Part shown: piece by piece, positions 48,359 through 58,022 of the stretch
How the letters are laid out: each line of letters opens with the position of its first letter
How positions within the stretch are numbered: position 1 is the first letter of the stretch
Source: Bacteroidales bacterium
GTDB lineage: Bacteria; Bacteroidota; Bacteroidia; Bacteroidales; UBA4417
Reading direction: 5' to 3'
DNA length: 64,000 nucleotides
Assembly: GCA_038213495.1 (NCBI GenBank)
Contig: JBBQSY010000004.1
Location: 3,478-67,477 of the forward strand
Notes under the pieces: model-generated
Databases searched by the model: none
What the model saw: only the letters and a program-made list of their open reading frames with translations
Told to the model about the DNA's origin: nothing
Position numbers and translations under genes: made by a program

Positions 48359-49219
48359 ATGTCGAATAAAGAGAGTGAATGGGATATTGTTATTGAACCA
48401 AAGGCGAGCCTGCTAAGACTTAATTTAAAAGAGGTCTGGCAATACAAGGACTTGCTGGAGATGTATATAAAACGTGAGATTGTAACCTTTTATAAACAAA
48501 CCATACTTGGGCCTTTATGGTTTTTCATCCAACCCATATTTACAACTATTGTTTTTATGTTTGTATTTGGTGGTTTGGCCGGTATTTCAACAGATGGCAT
48601 CCCACAACCCTTATTTTATCTTTCAGGCATTTGCCTGTGGAACTATTTTTCCGATTCATTATTAAAAACATCTGATACATTTTTCACTAACCAGGCAGTA
48701 TTTGGCAAAGTTTATTTTCCCAGGTTAATTGTCCCGCTTGCAGTAACGATGTCTGGTTTGCTCAAGATGCTTATTCAGTTTTTGCTTTTTGCAGGAGTTT
48801 ACTTTTATTATGTTTCCAAAGGTTCAACTGTTGCCTTAAACAGTTATGCATTGTTATTCCCTGTCTTGATCTTTATTCTGGCAGGATTGGGATTAGGATT
48901 TGGTATAATTATTTCCTCCATGACAACAAAGTATCGGGATTTGAAATTCCTTGTTGCTTTTGCAATTCAGTTATGGATGTATTTCACTCCCGTTATTTAT
49001 CCACTTTCGGTGATGGAAGGCAATTACAAAAAATATATGTGGCTTATCCAGGCAAACCCTTTAACTGCTGTACTTGAGACATTTAAATACGGTTTTCTCG
49101 GCAAAGGATCGTTCTCATGGTTTTCTTTAGGCTATAGTCTCACTTTTACATTTGTCATCCTGTTGGTTGGAACCTGGATCTTTAACAAAGTAGAACGGTC
49201 ATTTATGGATGTTGTCTGA
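48359..49219 (+). CDS. ABC-2 type polysaccharide/O-antigen export permease (Wzm-like)
   Basis: REIVTFYKQTILGPLWFFIQP is the N-terminal ABC-2 block. Six hydrophobic segments are present and it sits adjacent to the Wzt-like ATPase. Confidence 0.85.
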   Translation: MSNKESEWDIVIEPKASLLRLNLKEVWQYKDLLEMYIKREIVTFYKQTILGPLWFFIQPIFTTIVFMFVFGGLAGISTDGIPQPLFYLSGICLWNYFSDSLLKTSDTFFTNQAVFGKVYFPRLIVPLAVTMSGLLKMLIQFLLFAGVYFYYVSKGSTVALNSYALLFPVLIFILAGLGLGFGIIISSMTTKYRDLKFLVAFAIQLWMYFTPVIYPLSVMEGNYKKYMWLIQANPLTAVLETFKYGFLGKGSFSWFSLGYSLTFTFVILLVGTWIFNKVERSFMDVV

Positions 49220-49336
49220 TTTCGAAAACAAAGGAATCGATTTTTATTAACAAAGAAAAATATACCCAAAACATACTTAAAATTGATCAGAATATATTGA
49301 TTTTCAGTATCGTGACTAAAAAAGAATTTTGAATAA

Positions 49337-50644
49337 ATGAATGATACAGCAATAAAGTTTGAAAATATTTCAAAACAATACAGGCTTGGAACTATCGGAA
49401 CCGGTACTATAAGTCACGATCTGAACCGATGGTGGATAACGAATGTACTAAGAAAAGAAGATCCGTACATAAAGATTGGACAGGTTAATGACAGGGAGTC
49501 GAAATCAACCGGCGATTATGTGTGGGCACTAAAAGATATTGATTTTGAAGTAAAAAAAGGCGAGGTATTAGGAATAATCGGGAAAAACGGAGCGGGAAAA
49601 TCAACACTGCTTAAAATTTTGTCACATGTAACAACGCCTACCACCGGCAGAATTATGGCTAAGGGGCGGATTGCATCATTATTGGAAGTTGGCACAGGAT
49701 TTCATCCGGAGATGACCGGAAGGGAAAATGTATATATGAATGGATCAATTATGGGAATGACGAAAAGCGAAATTTCCCGGAAACTGGACGAAATTGTTGA
49801 TTTCGCCGGTGTTGAGAAATATCTTGATACTCCTGTTAAACGTTATTCAAGCGGAATGACTGTCCGGCTTGGGTTTTCGATTGCCGCACACCTCGAACCT
49901 GAAATTCTGGTTGTAGATGAAGTACTGGCGGTTGGGGATGCGGAATTTCAGAGAAAAGCTATTGGCAGGATGCAGGAAGTAAGCAATAATGACGGCAGAA
50001 CTGTTTTGTTTGTAAGTCATAATATGCAGGCGATCACCAATATGTGTACCAGGGCTATTTTGTTAAACAAAGGCACTATTGTAAACGACAGCAACCCGGC
50101 AGATGTAGTACGGAATTATTTAATGTACGAAACAACAAAAGATGGAGCGATTTATTGGGATAAAACCAACCAGCCGGGAGATTCAACGTTAAAACTGAAT
50201 GCAATAAAAATATTGGATCAGGATAATAATGTCCGAAATCATTTTTTCTCAAAATCACGAATAAAGATTCAACTCGACTTTCACATTTACGAAATGGAGC
50301 CCGACCTGGTTGTTGGTTTCGATTTAACAAATGATGATGGGATGACAGTTCTAAGGTCGTACCAAAATGATAGTCATCCTGAAAATTGGCCACAACTGAA
50401 AGTCGGGGACAATTCGATAGTCTGCGAAATACCAGCTGAGTTTTTAAATGCCGGTACATATTATATTAGTCCCAAAATCAGCTTGCATTTTAAAAAATGG
50501 ATAGTCAATTCCGATCCGTTATTGTCATTTGAAGTTGAGATTAATCATGGGATGTCTCCGTTTTGGAACCGTATAAGCAAAGTAAGCAGACCAGGCTCTT
50601 TAGCAATGATTTTACCTTGGGTTATCTCTGATTCTACGGGTTAA
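49337..50644 (+). CDS. polysaccharide ABC transporter ATP-binding protein (Wzt/TagH-like) with C-terminal extension
   Basis: Walker A GKNGAGKST, signature YSSGMTVRLGFS, Walker B ILVVDEVLAVGD and H-loop FVSHNM are present. About 190 further residues follow the NBD. Confidence 0.88.
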   Translation: MNDTAIKFENISKQYRLGTIGTGTISHDLNRWWITNVLRKEDPYIKIGQVNDRESKSTGDYVWALKDIDFEVKKGEVLGIIGKNGAGKSTLLKILSHVTTPTTGRIMAKGRIASLLEVGTGFHPEMTGRENVYMNGSIMGMTKSEISRKLDEIVDFAGVEKYLDTPVKRYSSGMTVRLGFSIAAHLEPEILVVDEVLAVGDAEFQRKAIGRMQEVSNNDGRTVLFVSHNMQAITNMCTRAILLNKGTIVNDSNPADVVRNYLMYETTKDGAIYWDKTNQPGDSTLKLNAIKILDQDNNVRNHFFSKSRIKIQLDFHIYEMEPDLVVGFDLTNDDGMTVLRSYQNDSHPENWPQLKVGDNSIVCEIPAEFLNAGTYYISPKISLHFKKWIVNSDPLLSFEVEINHGMSPFWNRISKVSRPGSLAMILPWVISDSTG

Positions 50645-50746
50645 TATTCATCAGTATTAGTAATCACAAAGTTTAAGTTAAAATATCCCCGTTTTTAAAC
50701 CGACTGCGTTCTTAAAGGGAAACAGGAATTTACATATTGGCACTAA

Positions 50747-51940
50747 ATGCAAAATGCTCTGATCTATTCTGCTGGATTTGAAGGTCACAGACAAGTATAT
50801 GTTTACATTTTAGCACATGTTTTAACCACTAACGGTTATACTGTTTTTATTGCCGGCAATCTGCATGGCAATAAACTTGACTCTTCATATATTGATGAAA
50901 TCAGGAAAGATAAACGGATAAAATTTATTGATACGAGTGTTTATGATGAAAATGGGTTAAATATTACTTTGAAAGAATTTGTGCAAATACAGCTGATTCA
51001 TGAAATTGATCTCACAATTTTTGCTGAAGCAGATCATCATCTGTCGCTGTTTACAACTCAGATTTATCAAAGGAATAATCGATTGGTTGGAAAAACGGTT
51101 GGCATTTTTTTAAGGCCATTCTTTTTTTATGAAAACCTAAACTTTATCGATAAACTAAAGTATCTGAAACGTCTTAAAGATAATTGGAGATATAACACGA
51201 GGTTGTTTCATAATGTAACTTTAAGGCGATTCAAGCTTCTTGATGTTTCGTGCTATATTGATGAATATTTTGTTTCAAAACACAAGCACACTGTCTGGTT
51301 ACCGGATGTTTTTCAGCAGTATGCCGAAGAACTTATAAAAGATGAAAAACCGACAGACCAAGTCTGGATTGGGATTTTGGATAAATTCGTTATCAAGAAT
51401 TCCAAAAGGTTCATTTTTCTTTATTTCGGTACCGCACAGCGCCGTAGAGGTTATGATATTCTTCTTCGGCTGGCAGTTGAAAATGATGCATGCTTCGTTC
51501 ATTGTGGACTAAAAAATGAAAATGAAAGTTTTGAAAATAAAATTGACGATCTGAGATCGGAACTGATCAATAAAGACAGACTATTGGAGACAAATCAATA
51601 TATCTCAGATCCGGTCTGCATTGAGCATTTTTTTAAGTCAGTAAGCCACCTGATACTCCCATACCGTAATTTTCTTGGTTCGAGCGGTGTAATGCTGCAG
51701 GCCTTGGAGTACGGTATTCCAGTCCTTGTACCCAATTCAGGAATAATTGGATACAGAGTACGGAAGCATAACCTGGGCAGCACGTATGAAACAAGTTTTG
51801 CGGCATTAAACGCAGAATTTAAAAAATTCGTCAAAATGCCCAAAGAACACTATTCAGAGTCAATTGAAAAATACATGCAATCACAATCAATTCATCAGTT
51901 GAAAACTGTATTGAATAGTATTTGTGAAACTGCTTCATGA
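50747..51940 (+). CDS. divergent GT-B-like protein, function unknown
   Basis: The C-terminal half has GT4-like blocks (FIFLYFGTAQRRRGYDILL; ILPYRNFLGSSGVMLQALEYGIPVLVP). The usual first Glu of the EX7E motif is replaced (SSG). Confidence 0.5.
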   Translation: MQNALIYSAGFEGHRQVYVYILAHVLTTNGYTVFIAGNLHGNKLDSSYIDEIRKDKRIKFIDTSVYDENGLNITLKEFVQIQLIHEIDLTIFAEADHHLSLFTTQIYQRNNRLVGKTVGIFLRPFFFYENLNFIDKLKYLKRLKDNWRYNTRLFHNVTLRRFKLLDVSCYIDEYFVSKHKHTVWLPDVFQQYAEELIKDEKPTDQVWIGILDKFVIKNSKRFIFLYFGTAQRRRGYDILLRLAVENDACFVHCGLKNENESFENKIDDLRSELINKDRLLETNQYISDPVCIEHFFKSVSHLILPYRNFLGSSGVMLQALEYGIPVLVPNSGIIGYRVRKHNLGSTYETSFAALNAEFKKFVKMPKEHYSESIEKYMQSQSIHQLKTVLNSICETAS

Positions 51941-51963
51941 TGCATAATCATACCGTGTAAAAT

Positions 51964-53349
51964 ATGATCAGCTTATTTATTAAAGTACTTCCGTATTTTT
52001 TTCTGTTGTATTTTATTTTGCGTTTTCTGAGGGAGCCTTTATATTTACTGGGCATTCCTTTTCTTTTGTTTTTGAGAAGCAGTATATTCTTCGAAAATAT
52101 CAAGATTTTTACAATACCAGGCAGATTTGGACCCGAGGTCTTGCTGTTGGTTTGGCTGGTAATTATTTGGTTATTGATCAGCTCAAAATCAAAGGCTCAA
52201 ATCATAGCCAAAAAGGAAAGTAGAATCAATATTACCAGATTATCTCTTCTCGATTATATAATGTTAATATTGATACTAATTTCAATAGTTGGTCTGGCTT
52301 TTGTACTGAAAGAAAACTACGTCATCGATGATGTACTGACTGAATTTATTACTCTTGTTTCGTTGTTTTTAGGATATTTTATTATTAAGAATATTATTCA
52401 ATACACCGATTTAGATGTATTGTCGGAGTTTCTTTACACCATTGTAATTATAAATACTATTGCATCCCTGCTCTATTTCGTTCATCAGGGCCTACACATA
52501 ACACTCTACACTTCAACTTCCAGCGACGAATATATGGAAGAATTTTTCCAGGGAGAGCTGATTACGAGAACTTTCTGGTTTATGCCTGTACTTTGGTTTT
52601 TTTCCATCTCCTATCTTTTGGTTTTTAAAAGAAACAAGCCAATTGAATTCGGTACTCTGTTGTCAATTAATTTATTGGCCATATTTATCTCATATACAAG
52701 GTCGTTCCTTATTATTTCAGTGTTATTGTTTGTTATTTATTTTTTATTTACCGGGTATAAACAAAAAGATATTGGAAACATTATTAAAAATCTTTTACTG
52801 ATTGGAGTAGCAGGTATATTATTATTTGTCGGGATATCCACTTTCCTGCCGGCAAGCAAGAATTATTTCCTCGAACGATTTAAAGAACTCGATAAGAATT
52901 CATCAGAAGGTGAATCAAATAACCTTATTTATAGATTTGAGAATACCGGAGATGTAATCAGTCAGATTGATGCAAATAAGGTTGTTATCGGGCATGGTCC
53001 GCTTACAGAGACCCAGATGCCTTTTGTAGCTATTATGAGGGCAACAACCGCTGATATGGCATGGACAGGAGTGATTTTTAGATGGGGGTATTTGGGTATG
53101 ATATTGTTTGTTTTGCTGTACATCGTATCGATAATCAAAGCATATTTTTTATTTATGCGAACCGAAGGAATAATTTCAAATATGGCTCTATTTTTATTGT
53201 TAATAGTAATATCACAATCAATTGAAAGTTTTACATCCTGGACATTCTTGTCGCCCAACCGATACGCCATGGGACTCTGGTATTTTGGCATGTTATCTGC
53301 CTTGTTGAAAATTAGTAAGGAACAAGATGTTTCAGTAATTAACGAATAA
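51964..53349 (+). CDS. O-antigen polymerase / ligase-like polytopic membrane protein (Wzy/WaaL family)
   Basis: At least 10 hydrophobic segments, with one larger loop (KELDKNSSEGESNNLIYRFENTGD...GHGP). This is the typical Wzy_C architecture. Confidence 0.65.
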   Translation: MISLFIKVLPYFFLLYFILRFLREPLYLLGIPFLLFLRSSIFFENIKIFTIPGRFGPEVLLLVWLVIIWLLISSKSKAQIIAKKESRINITRLSLLDYIMLILILISIVGLAFVLKENYVIDDVLTEFITLVSLFLGYFIIKNIIQYTDLDVLSEFLYTIVIINTIASLLYFVHQGLHITLYTSTSSDEYMEEFFQGELITRTFWFMPVLWFFSISYLLVFKRNKPIEFGTLLSINLLAIFISYTRSFLIISVLLFVIYFLFTGYKQKDIGNIIKNLLLIGVAGILLFVGISTFLPASKNYFLERFKELDKNSSEGESNNLIYRFENTGDVISQIDANKVVIGHGPLTETQMPFVAIMRATTADMAWTGVIFRWGYLGMILFVLLYIVSIIKAYFLFMRTEGIISNMALFLLLIVISQSIESFTSWTFLSPNRYAMGLWYFGMLSALLKISKEQDVSVINE

Positions 53350-53355
53350 AAGAAA

Positions 53356-54423
53356 ATGAAAGAAACGAATCCCAGAATTACGTTTGGAATTATAGTGTTG
53401 AACGGAGAACCATTTACCCGTTATTGCCTCCGTTCCATTTATCCGTATGCTTATGAGATTATAGTTGTTGAAGGTGGGCATGAAGACGCAAAATCTGTTT
53501 GTACACCCGATGGACATTCAGTTGATGGTACACTGGAATCTCTATATAAATTCAAAGAAGAAGAAGATCCGGAAAACAAACTTACAATAGTAACAAGGGA
53601 AGGTTTCTGGCCCAAAAAAGATGAACTGGGGAGAGACCGTACACCTCAGTCGCGGGCTTATGCCGAGCGGGCAAAAGGTGATTACCTCTGGCAAATTGAT
53701 ATTGATGAGTTTTACCGGGAAGAAGATATGGATAAAATACTCGCTATGCTGCGCCGGGATCCTTCAATAACTGCTGTTACTTTTCCTACATTAAACTTTT
53801 GGGGAGACATTATCTACAAGATTAACGGATGGAACCTGATGCGGGGTAGTCAATATTTCCATAGATTATTCAAGTGGGGTGAGGGATTCAGATATCTAAC
53901 CCATGAACCACCAACCATACTTAATAGCGAGGGGATTGACCTAAGAAAGATAAATTGGATTACGGGAAAAAGATTAAAACGGAAGAGGATATTCATGTAT
54001 CATTACTCTCATTTGTTTCCTTGGCAGGTTAAACAAAAAACAATGATATACAAAGATGAGAAACCAGATGGTTGTGCAGATATACTCGAATGGGCTGAAA
54101 ATAATTACTTTAAACTCTCAAATCCCTTTAATATTGAACGACATTATTGGTTGCCAAGTTGGCTCGAACGTTATACAGGCGATCATCCGGCAGAAGTAAT
54201 AAAAATGATGAAAGATGTTAGAGCCGGCTTATTCAGCAATATTGAACTACGCAAAAATTTTGATGCAGAAGCAATTCTGAACACGGCAAAATACCGGAAC
54301 AAGGTTGAATATATGAAAGTATTGAATTATTGGGACTATTATTCAAAATACTACCTTTTTCAGGCAAGCCGCATTAAAAATATCCCTGGAAGGATTAAAC
54401 GTAATCTTTATAAAAACAAGTAA
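53356..54423 (+). CDS. glycosyltransferase family 2-like protein
   Basis: ITFGIIVLNGEPF...EIIVVEGG and the DxD-like WQIDIDEF are present. It starts 6 bp after the upstream gene. Confidence 0.65.
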   Translation: MKETNPRITFGIIVLNGEPFTRYCLRSIYPYAYEIIVVEGGHEDAKSVCTPDGHSVDGTLESLYKFKEEEDPENKLTIVTREGFWPKKDELGRDRTPQSRAYAERAKGDYLWQIDIDEFYREEDMDKILAMLRRDPSITAVTFPTLNFWGDIIYKINGWNLMRGSQYFHRLFKWGEGFRYLTHEPPTILNSEGIDLRKINWITGKRLKRKRIFMYHYSHLFPWQVKQKTMIYKDEKPDGCADILEWAENNYFKLSNPFNIERHYWLPSWLERYTGDHPAEVIKMMKDVRAGLFSNIELRKNFDAEAILNTAKYRNKVEYMKVLNYWDYYSKYYLFQASRIKNIPGRIKRNLYKNK

Positions 54424-54531
54424 TCTTTCCTGGGTTTAAATACAAATGTTAAATATCTTCTTTAGGCTATTTTGCTTTACTGTAGTTTCCCCGCTAAGTA
54501 TTTTGTTTTTTAATACAAAGAAAAAACAATA

Positions 54532-55563
54532 ATGAAAATAGCCATACAAAAGAGGAAAAACTCTTATAGTGATGAGTGGATTAAATATTGCGAAAAAAAA
54601 AATATCCCCTTTAAAATAGTTGATTGCTATAAAAGCGATATTATAGCTCAATTGGAAGATTGTGACGCATTAATGTGGCATTTTCATCATAAAATTCCTA
54701 ATGATATACTTTGTGCGCGTCAATTGATGTTTTCACTTGAATCAGCAGGTAAATATGTTTTCCCTGATTTTAACACAATGTGGCATTTCGATGATAAAAT
54801 AGGTCAGAAATATCAATTGGAAGCAATAAATGCCCCCTTGGTGCCATCCTATGTATTTTATTCAAAAACTGAAGCATTAGATTGGATTAATACAATTGAA
54901 TACCCAATAGTATTTAAACTGCGGAATGGAGCAAGTTCATTTAATGTAAAGCTAGTCAGGACAGAAGCCGAAGCCAAACAGCTCGTCAAGCAGGCATTTG
55001 GTTCAGGTTTCAATAATCAGATGGACCCATTAATGTACCTGAAGGAATCTATCAGAAAATACCATATTGGAGAAACGAAAATAGGGGATATTCTCCGGGA
55101 AATATACCATTTGACCTATAGGACAGAATTTGAAAAATTCTATCACAAACAAAAGGGTTATATTTATTTTCAGGACTTTATCCCAAATAATGATTTTGAT
55201 ACCCGGATTGTGGTAGTTGACAAAAAAGCTTTTGGTGCCAGGCGTTTCGTGCGTAATAACGATTTCAGAGCTTCGGGAAGCCATGTGGCAAGTTATGATA
55301 CGGCATTAATTAGCCTAGAAGCTGTAAGGATTGCACTTGATGTTTCGAAAAAGTTAAAATTGCAATGTATGGCCTTTGACTTTGTGTTTAAGAATGGTAA
55401 GCCAATTCTTATTGAATATAGTTATGGAACAGACATAGCAGCCTATAAACCTTGCCCCGGCTTTTGGGATAGTGATTTAAATTTTCATGAACAAGAGTTT
55501 AACTTTTGTGAATGGATGGTTGATTGGGTTGTACGGGAAGTGAATAATAAAAGTAGTATTTAA
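54532..55563 (+). CDS. ATP-grasp domain protein
   Basis: The order of blocks fits a RimK/carboxylate-amine ligase fold: DKIGQKYQLEAINAPLVPSYVF, YPIVFKLRNGASSFNVKLV, IYFQDFIPNNDFDTRIVVVD, and FDFVFKNGKPILIEYSYG. Confidence 0.7.
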   Translation: MKIAIQKRKNSYSDEWIKYCEKKNIPFKIVDCYKSDIIAQLEDCDALMWHFHHKIPNDILCARQLMFSLESAGKYVFPDFNTMWHFDDKIGQKYQLEAINAPLVPSYVFYSKTEALDWINTIEYPIVFKLRNGASSFNVKLVRTEAEAKQLVKQAFGSGFNNQMDPLMYLKESIRKYHIGETKIGDILREIYHLTYRTEFEKFYHKQKGYIYFQDFIPNNDFDTRIVVVDKKAFGARRFVRNNDFRASGSHVASYDTALISLEAVRIALDVSKKLKLQCMAFDFVFKNGKPILIEYSYGTDIAAYKPCPGFWDSDLNFHEQEFNFCEWMVDWVVREVNNKSSI

Positions 55564-55677
55564 TTAGTATAGTCTAACTTAAAACTGTAATCATAGGTGC
55601 TTATCATTAAATTTGCGATGATCTAAGTACTTAATTATAAGTATTTTAATGTTTCGATTAATACATTAATTCTATTA

Positions 55678-56925
55678 TTGCATACAAATCAACAGTATCG
55701 GATAAATACTTACATAGGATTAGTGAATAGCAATGGGTTAATTGTAATTGGGTGTTTAAATTACCCCAGAGGAAGCGCCCCAAGTAACCGGGTTCACTTA
55801 TATTGTAAAGCATTTAAAGCTGAAAATGGTTTCCCATTGGTCATAAATTTAAAATCTACGTATACTCAGCAACAACCTACTTTTAATTATTTAAGTAGAT
55901 ACGACGGGGTCCCTTTTTATTATAGTCAGCAAACATCAATTAGGGAGAAGAAATTCGTAAAAAGAAATATTAATAAAATAAAAGGATTTTTAAATGCATT
56001 TATAGTTGTTCGCAGAATAAAAAAAACCAGAAATATTACTGTTCTGTTTTTTTCAATCCCATTATTATATGAATTTATTTTCTATTTATTTCTTAAATTT
56101 AATAATGTTCCTATTATCAGGGAATGGAATGAAGCTCCAGAATTTCTGAGGAATAAAAAAAAACATCCGGAAATGCGCTTTTTATTCATGAAGCACATCC
56201 GATTAAAAATGTATGATGGGATTATTGTGATATCAGATTACCTGAATAATTATTTTTCAAATATTTATCCCAGGAACAGGATTTTTCAGATTCCGATTCT
56301 TGTTGATATGCTTAGATTCGATGGCTTTTTGGTAAATGTCGATAAAAAAGATAAAATAGTTGCATATATTGGCGGAATGGGAGGAGATAAAGATGGTCTT
56401 GCCAATTTAATAGAGGCTTTCGCTATAGTCAGAAAAAATATCAAATCTATCCAATTACAACTTATCGGTTCAGCTCCGGAAGCTGATATTACTCGCTTGA
56501 AAAGAAAAATTGAGGATTTGGATTTAAATGACGCAGTGAAATTTTTGGGATCAAAGAGTAGTAAAGAAATTCCTCAATTCATGGCAAACGCTGATTTGTT
56601 AGTATTGGCAAGGCCAAATAATATCCAGGCTGAAGCAGGATTTCCAACAAAATTGGGCGAATATTTAGCTTCGGGGAAACCTGTTGTTATTACTAAAACC
56701 GGGGAAATTACAAAATATCTTACAGATCTTGAATCCGCCTACCTGGCTGAACCTGGAGATGTAACTGGTTTTGCAGAAAAAATTATCTTTGCAATTAAAG
56801 ATGTTAATTCTAACAAAATTGGAATTGCTGGATTTCAGGTAGCAAATGAGAATTTTAATTACAAGTTATTTCAGAATGAAATTTATGAGATTATTAGCAA
56901 AAAGATAAGATTAAATGATAATTAA
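55678..56925 (+). CDS. glycosyltransferase family 4
   Basis: The C-terminal NADLLVLARPNNIQAEAGFPTKLGEYLASGKPVVITKTGE is an EX7E-type block. The N-terminal YPRGSAPSNRVHLYCKAF motif is shared with the two downstream GT4 genes. A TTG start is inferred. Confidence 0.8.
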   Translation: MHTNQQYRINTYIGLVNSNGLIVIGCLNYPRGSAPSNRVHLYCKAFKAENGFPLVINLKSTYTQQQPTFNYLSRYDGVPFYYSQQTSIREKKFVKRNINKIKGFLNAFIVVRRIKKTRNITVLFFSIPLLYEFIFYLFLKFNNVPIIREWNEAPEFLRNKKKHPEMRFLFMKHIRLKMYDGIIVISDYLNNYFSNIYPRNRIFQIPILVDMLRFDGFLVNVDKKDKIVAYIGGMGGDKDGLANLIEAFAIVRKNIKSIQLQLIGSAPEADITRLKRKIEDLDLNDAVKFLGSKSSKEIPQFMANADLLVLARPNNIQAEAGFPTKLGEYLASGKPVVITKTGEITKYLTDLESAYLAEPGDVTGFAEKIIFAIKDVNSNKIGIAGFQVANENFNYKLFQNEIYEIISKKIRLNDN

Positions 56926-56965
56926 TGCACAGAATGAAGAATAAAAAAATAAATATCAATAAGCT

Positions 56966-57973
56966 ATGTTAGACAATAAAACACTCTTAATTACTGGTGG
57001 TACCGGATCATTTGGAAATGCAGTTTTAAAACGTTTTTTAAATACAAATATTAAGGAAATACGCATTTTTAGCCGCGACGAGAAGAAACAGGATGATATG
57101 CGCCAGTTTTATCGTAATGATAAAATTAAATATTATATAGGCGATACAAGGGATAAAAGGAGCGTAGATTCAGCCATGCATGGTGTTGATTATGTTTTTC
57201 AGGCTGCTGCTCTCAAACAGGTTCCTTCGTGTGAATTTTTTCCAATGGAAGCGGTGCGGACCAATGTTATGGGGTGCGAAAATGTATTGGATAGTGCTTT
57301 GGAGCATCACGTTAAAAATGTTATTGTATTGAGTACCGATAAGGCAGTTTACCCGATAAATGCTATGGGTATGTCCAAAGCACTTAGTGAGAAGGTAATG
57401 ATTGCCAAGAGCCGCAATCTGAATGGAACCGGCACCGTATTTTGTGGTACACGCTATGGGAATGTAATGGCCTCCAGAGGATCGGTTATACCTTTATTTA
57501 TTGATCAGATCAAAAAAGGAGAGCCGTTAACAATTACTGATCCGAGTATGACCCGCTTCATGATGACACTCGAAGATGCTGTTGAACTGGTAATGTTTGC
57601 TTTTGCCAATGGGCAACAGGGTGATATTTTTGTTCAGAAAGCGCCGGCTGCCACAATCCTAACCCTGACACACGCCCTCAAGGAATTGTATAATTCGGAT
57701 TCGGATATCAGGATAATAGGAACTCGTCATGGAGAGAAAAAATACGAAGTTCTCGTTAACAGGGAGGATATGGTTAAAGCAGAAGACATGGGTGATTTTT
57801 ATCGCATACCGGCTGATAACCGGAATCTGAATTATGAACTTTATTACTCAGAAGGTGAAGATGTATCGGAAATCGAAGAATACCACTCCGATAATACTGA
57901 ACGACTTGACGTTGAAGGAACTAAAAAGCTACTTCTTAAATTGGATATAGTAAGGAATGATCTTGGTCTTTAA
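56966..57973 (+). CDS. fnlA: UDP-N-acetylglucosamine 4,6-dehydratase/5-epimerase (FnlA/CapE type)
   Basis: LITGGTGSFG is the Rossmann motif and FSRDEKKQ is present. MGMSK is the MxxxK variant of the SDR YxxxK motif that I recall as characteristic of CapE/FnlA. Confidence 0.8.
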   Translation: MLDNKTLLITGGTGSFGNAVLKRFLNTNIKEIRIFSRDEKKQDDMRQFYRNDKIKYYIGDTRDKRSVDSAMHGVDYVFQAAALKQVPSCEFFPMEAVRTNVMGCENVLDSALEHHVKNVIVLSTDKAVYPINAMGMSKALSEKVMIAKSRNLNGTGTVFCGTRYGNVMASRGSVIPLFIDQIKKGEPLTITDPSMTRFMMTLEDAVELVMFAFANGQQGDIFVQKAPAATILTLTHALKELYNSDSDIRIIGTRHGEKKYEVLVNREDMVKAEDMGDFYRIPADNRNLNYELYYSEGEDVSEIEEYHSDNTERLDVEGTKKLLLKLDIVRNDLGL

Positions 57974-58022
57974 ATATCTTCTTTCAATTTTTAAAATATC
58001 AAGAAAAAAATCAAAAGAATAA

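Noticed and set aside
54436-54651. 71-aa minus-strand ORF overlapping the ATP-grasp gene start.
   Set aside because: It is antisense to the co-directional operon, hydrophobic and low-complexity, and overlaps a supported CDS.
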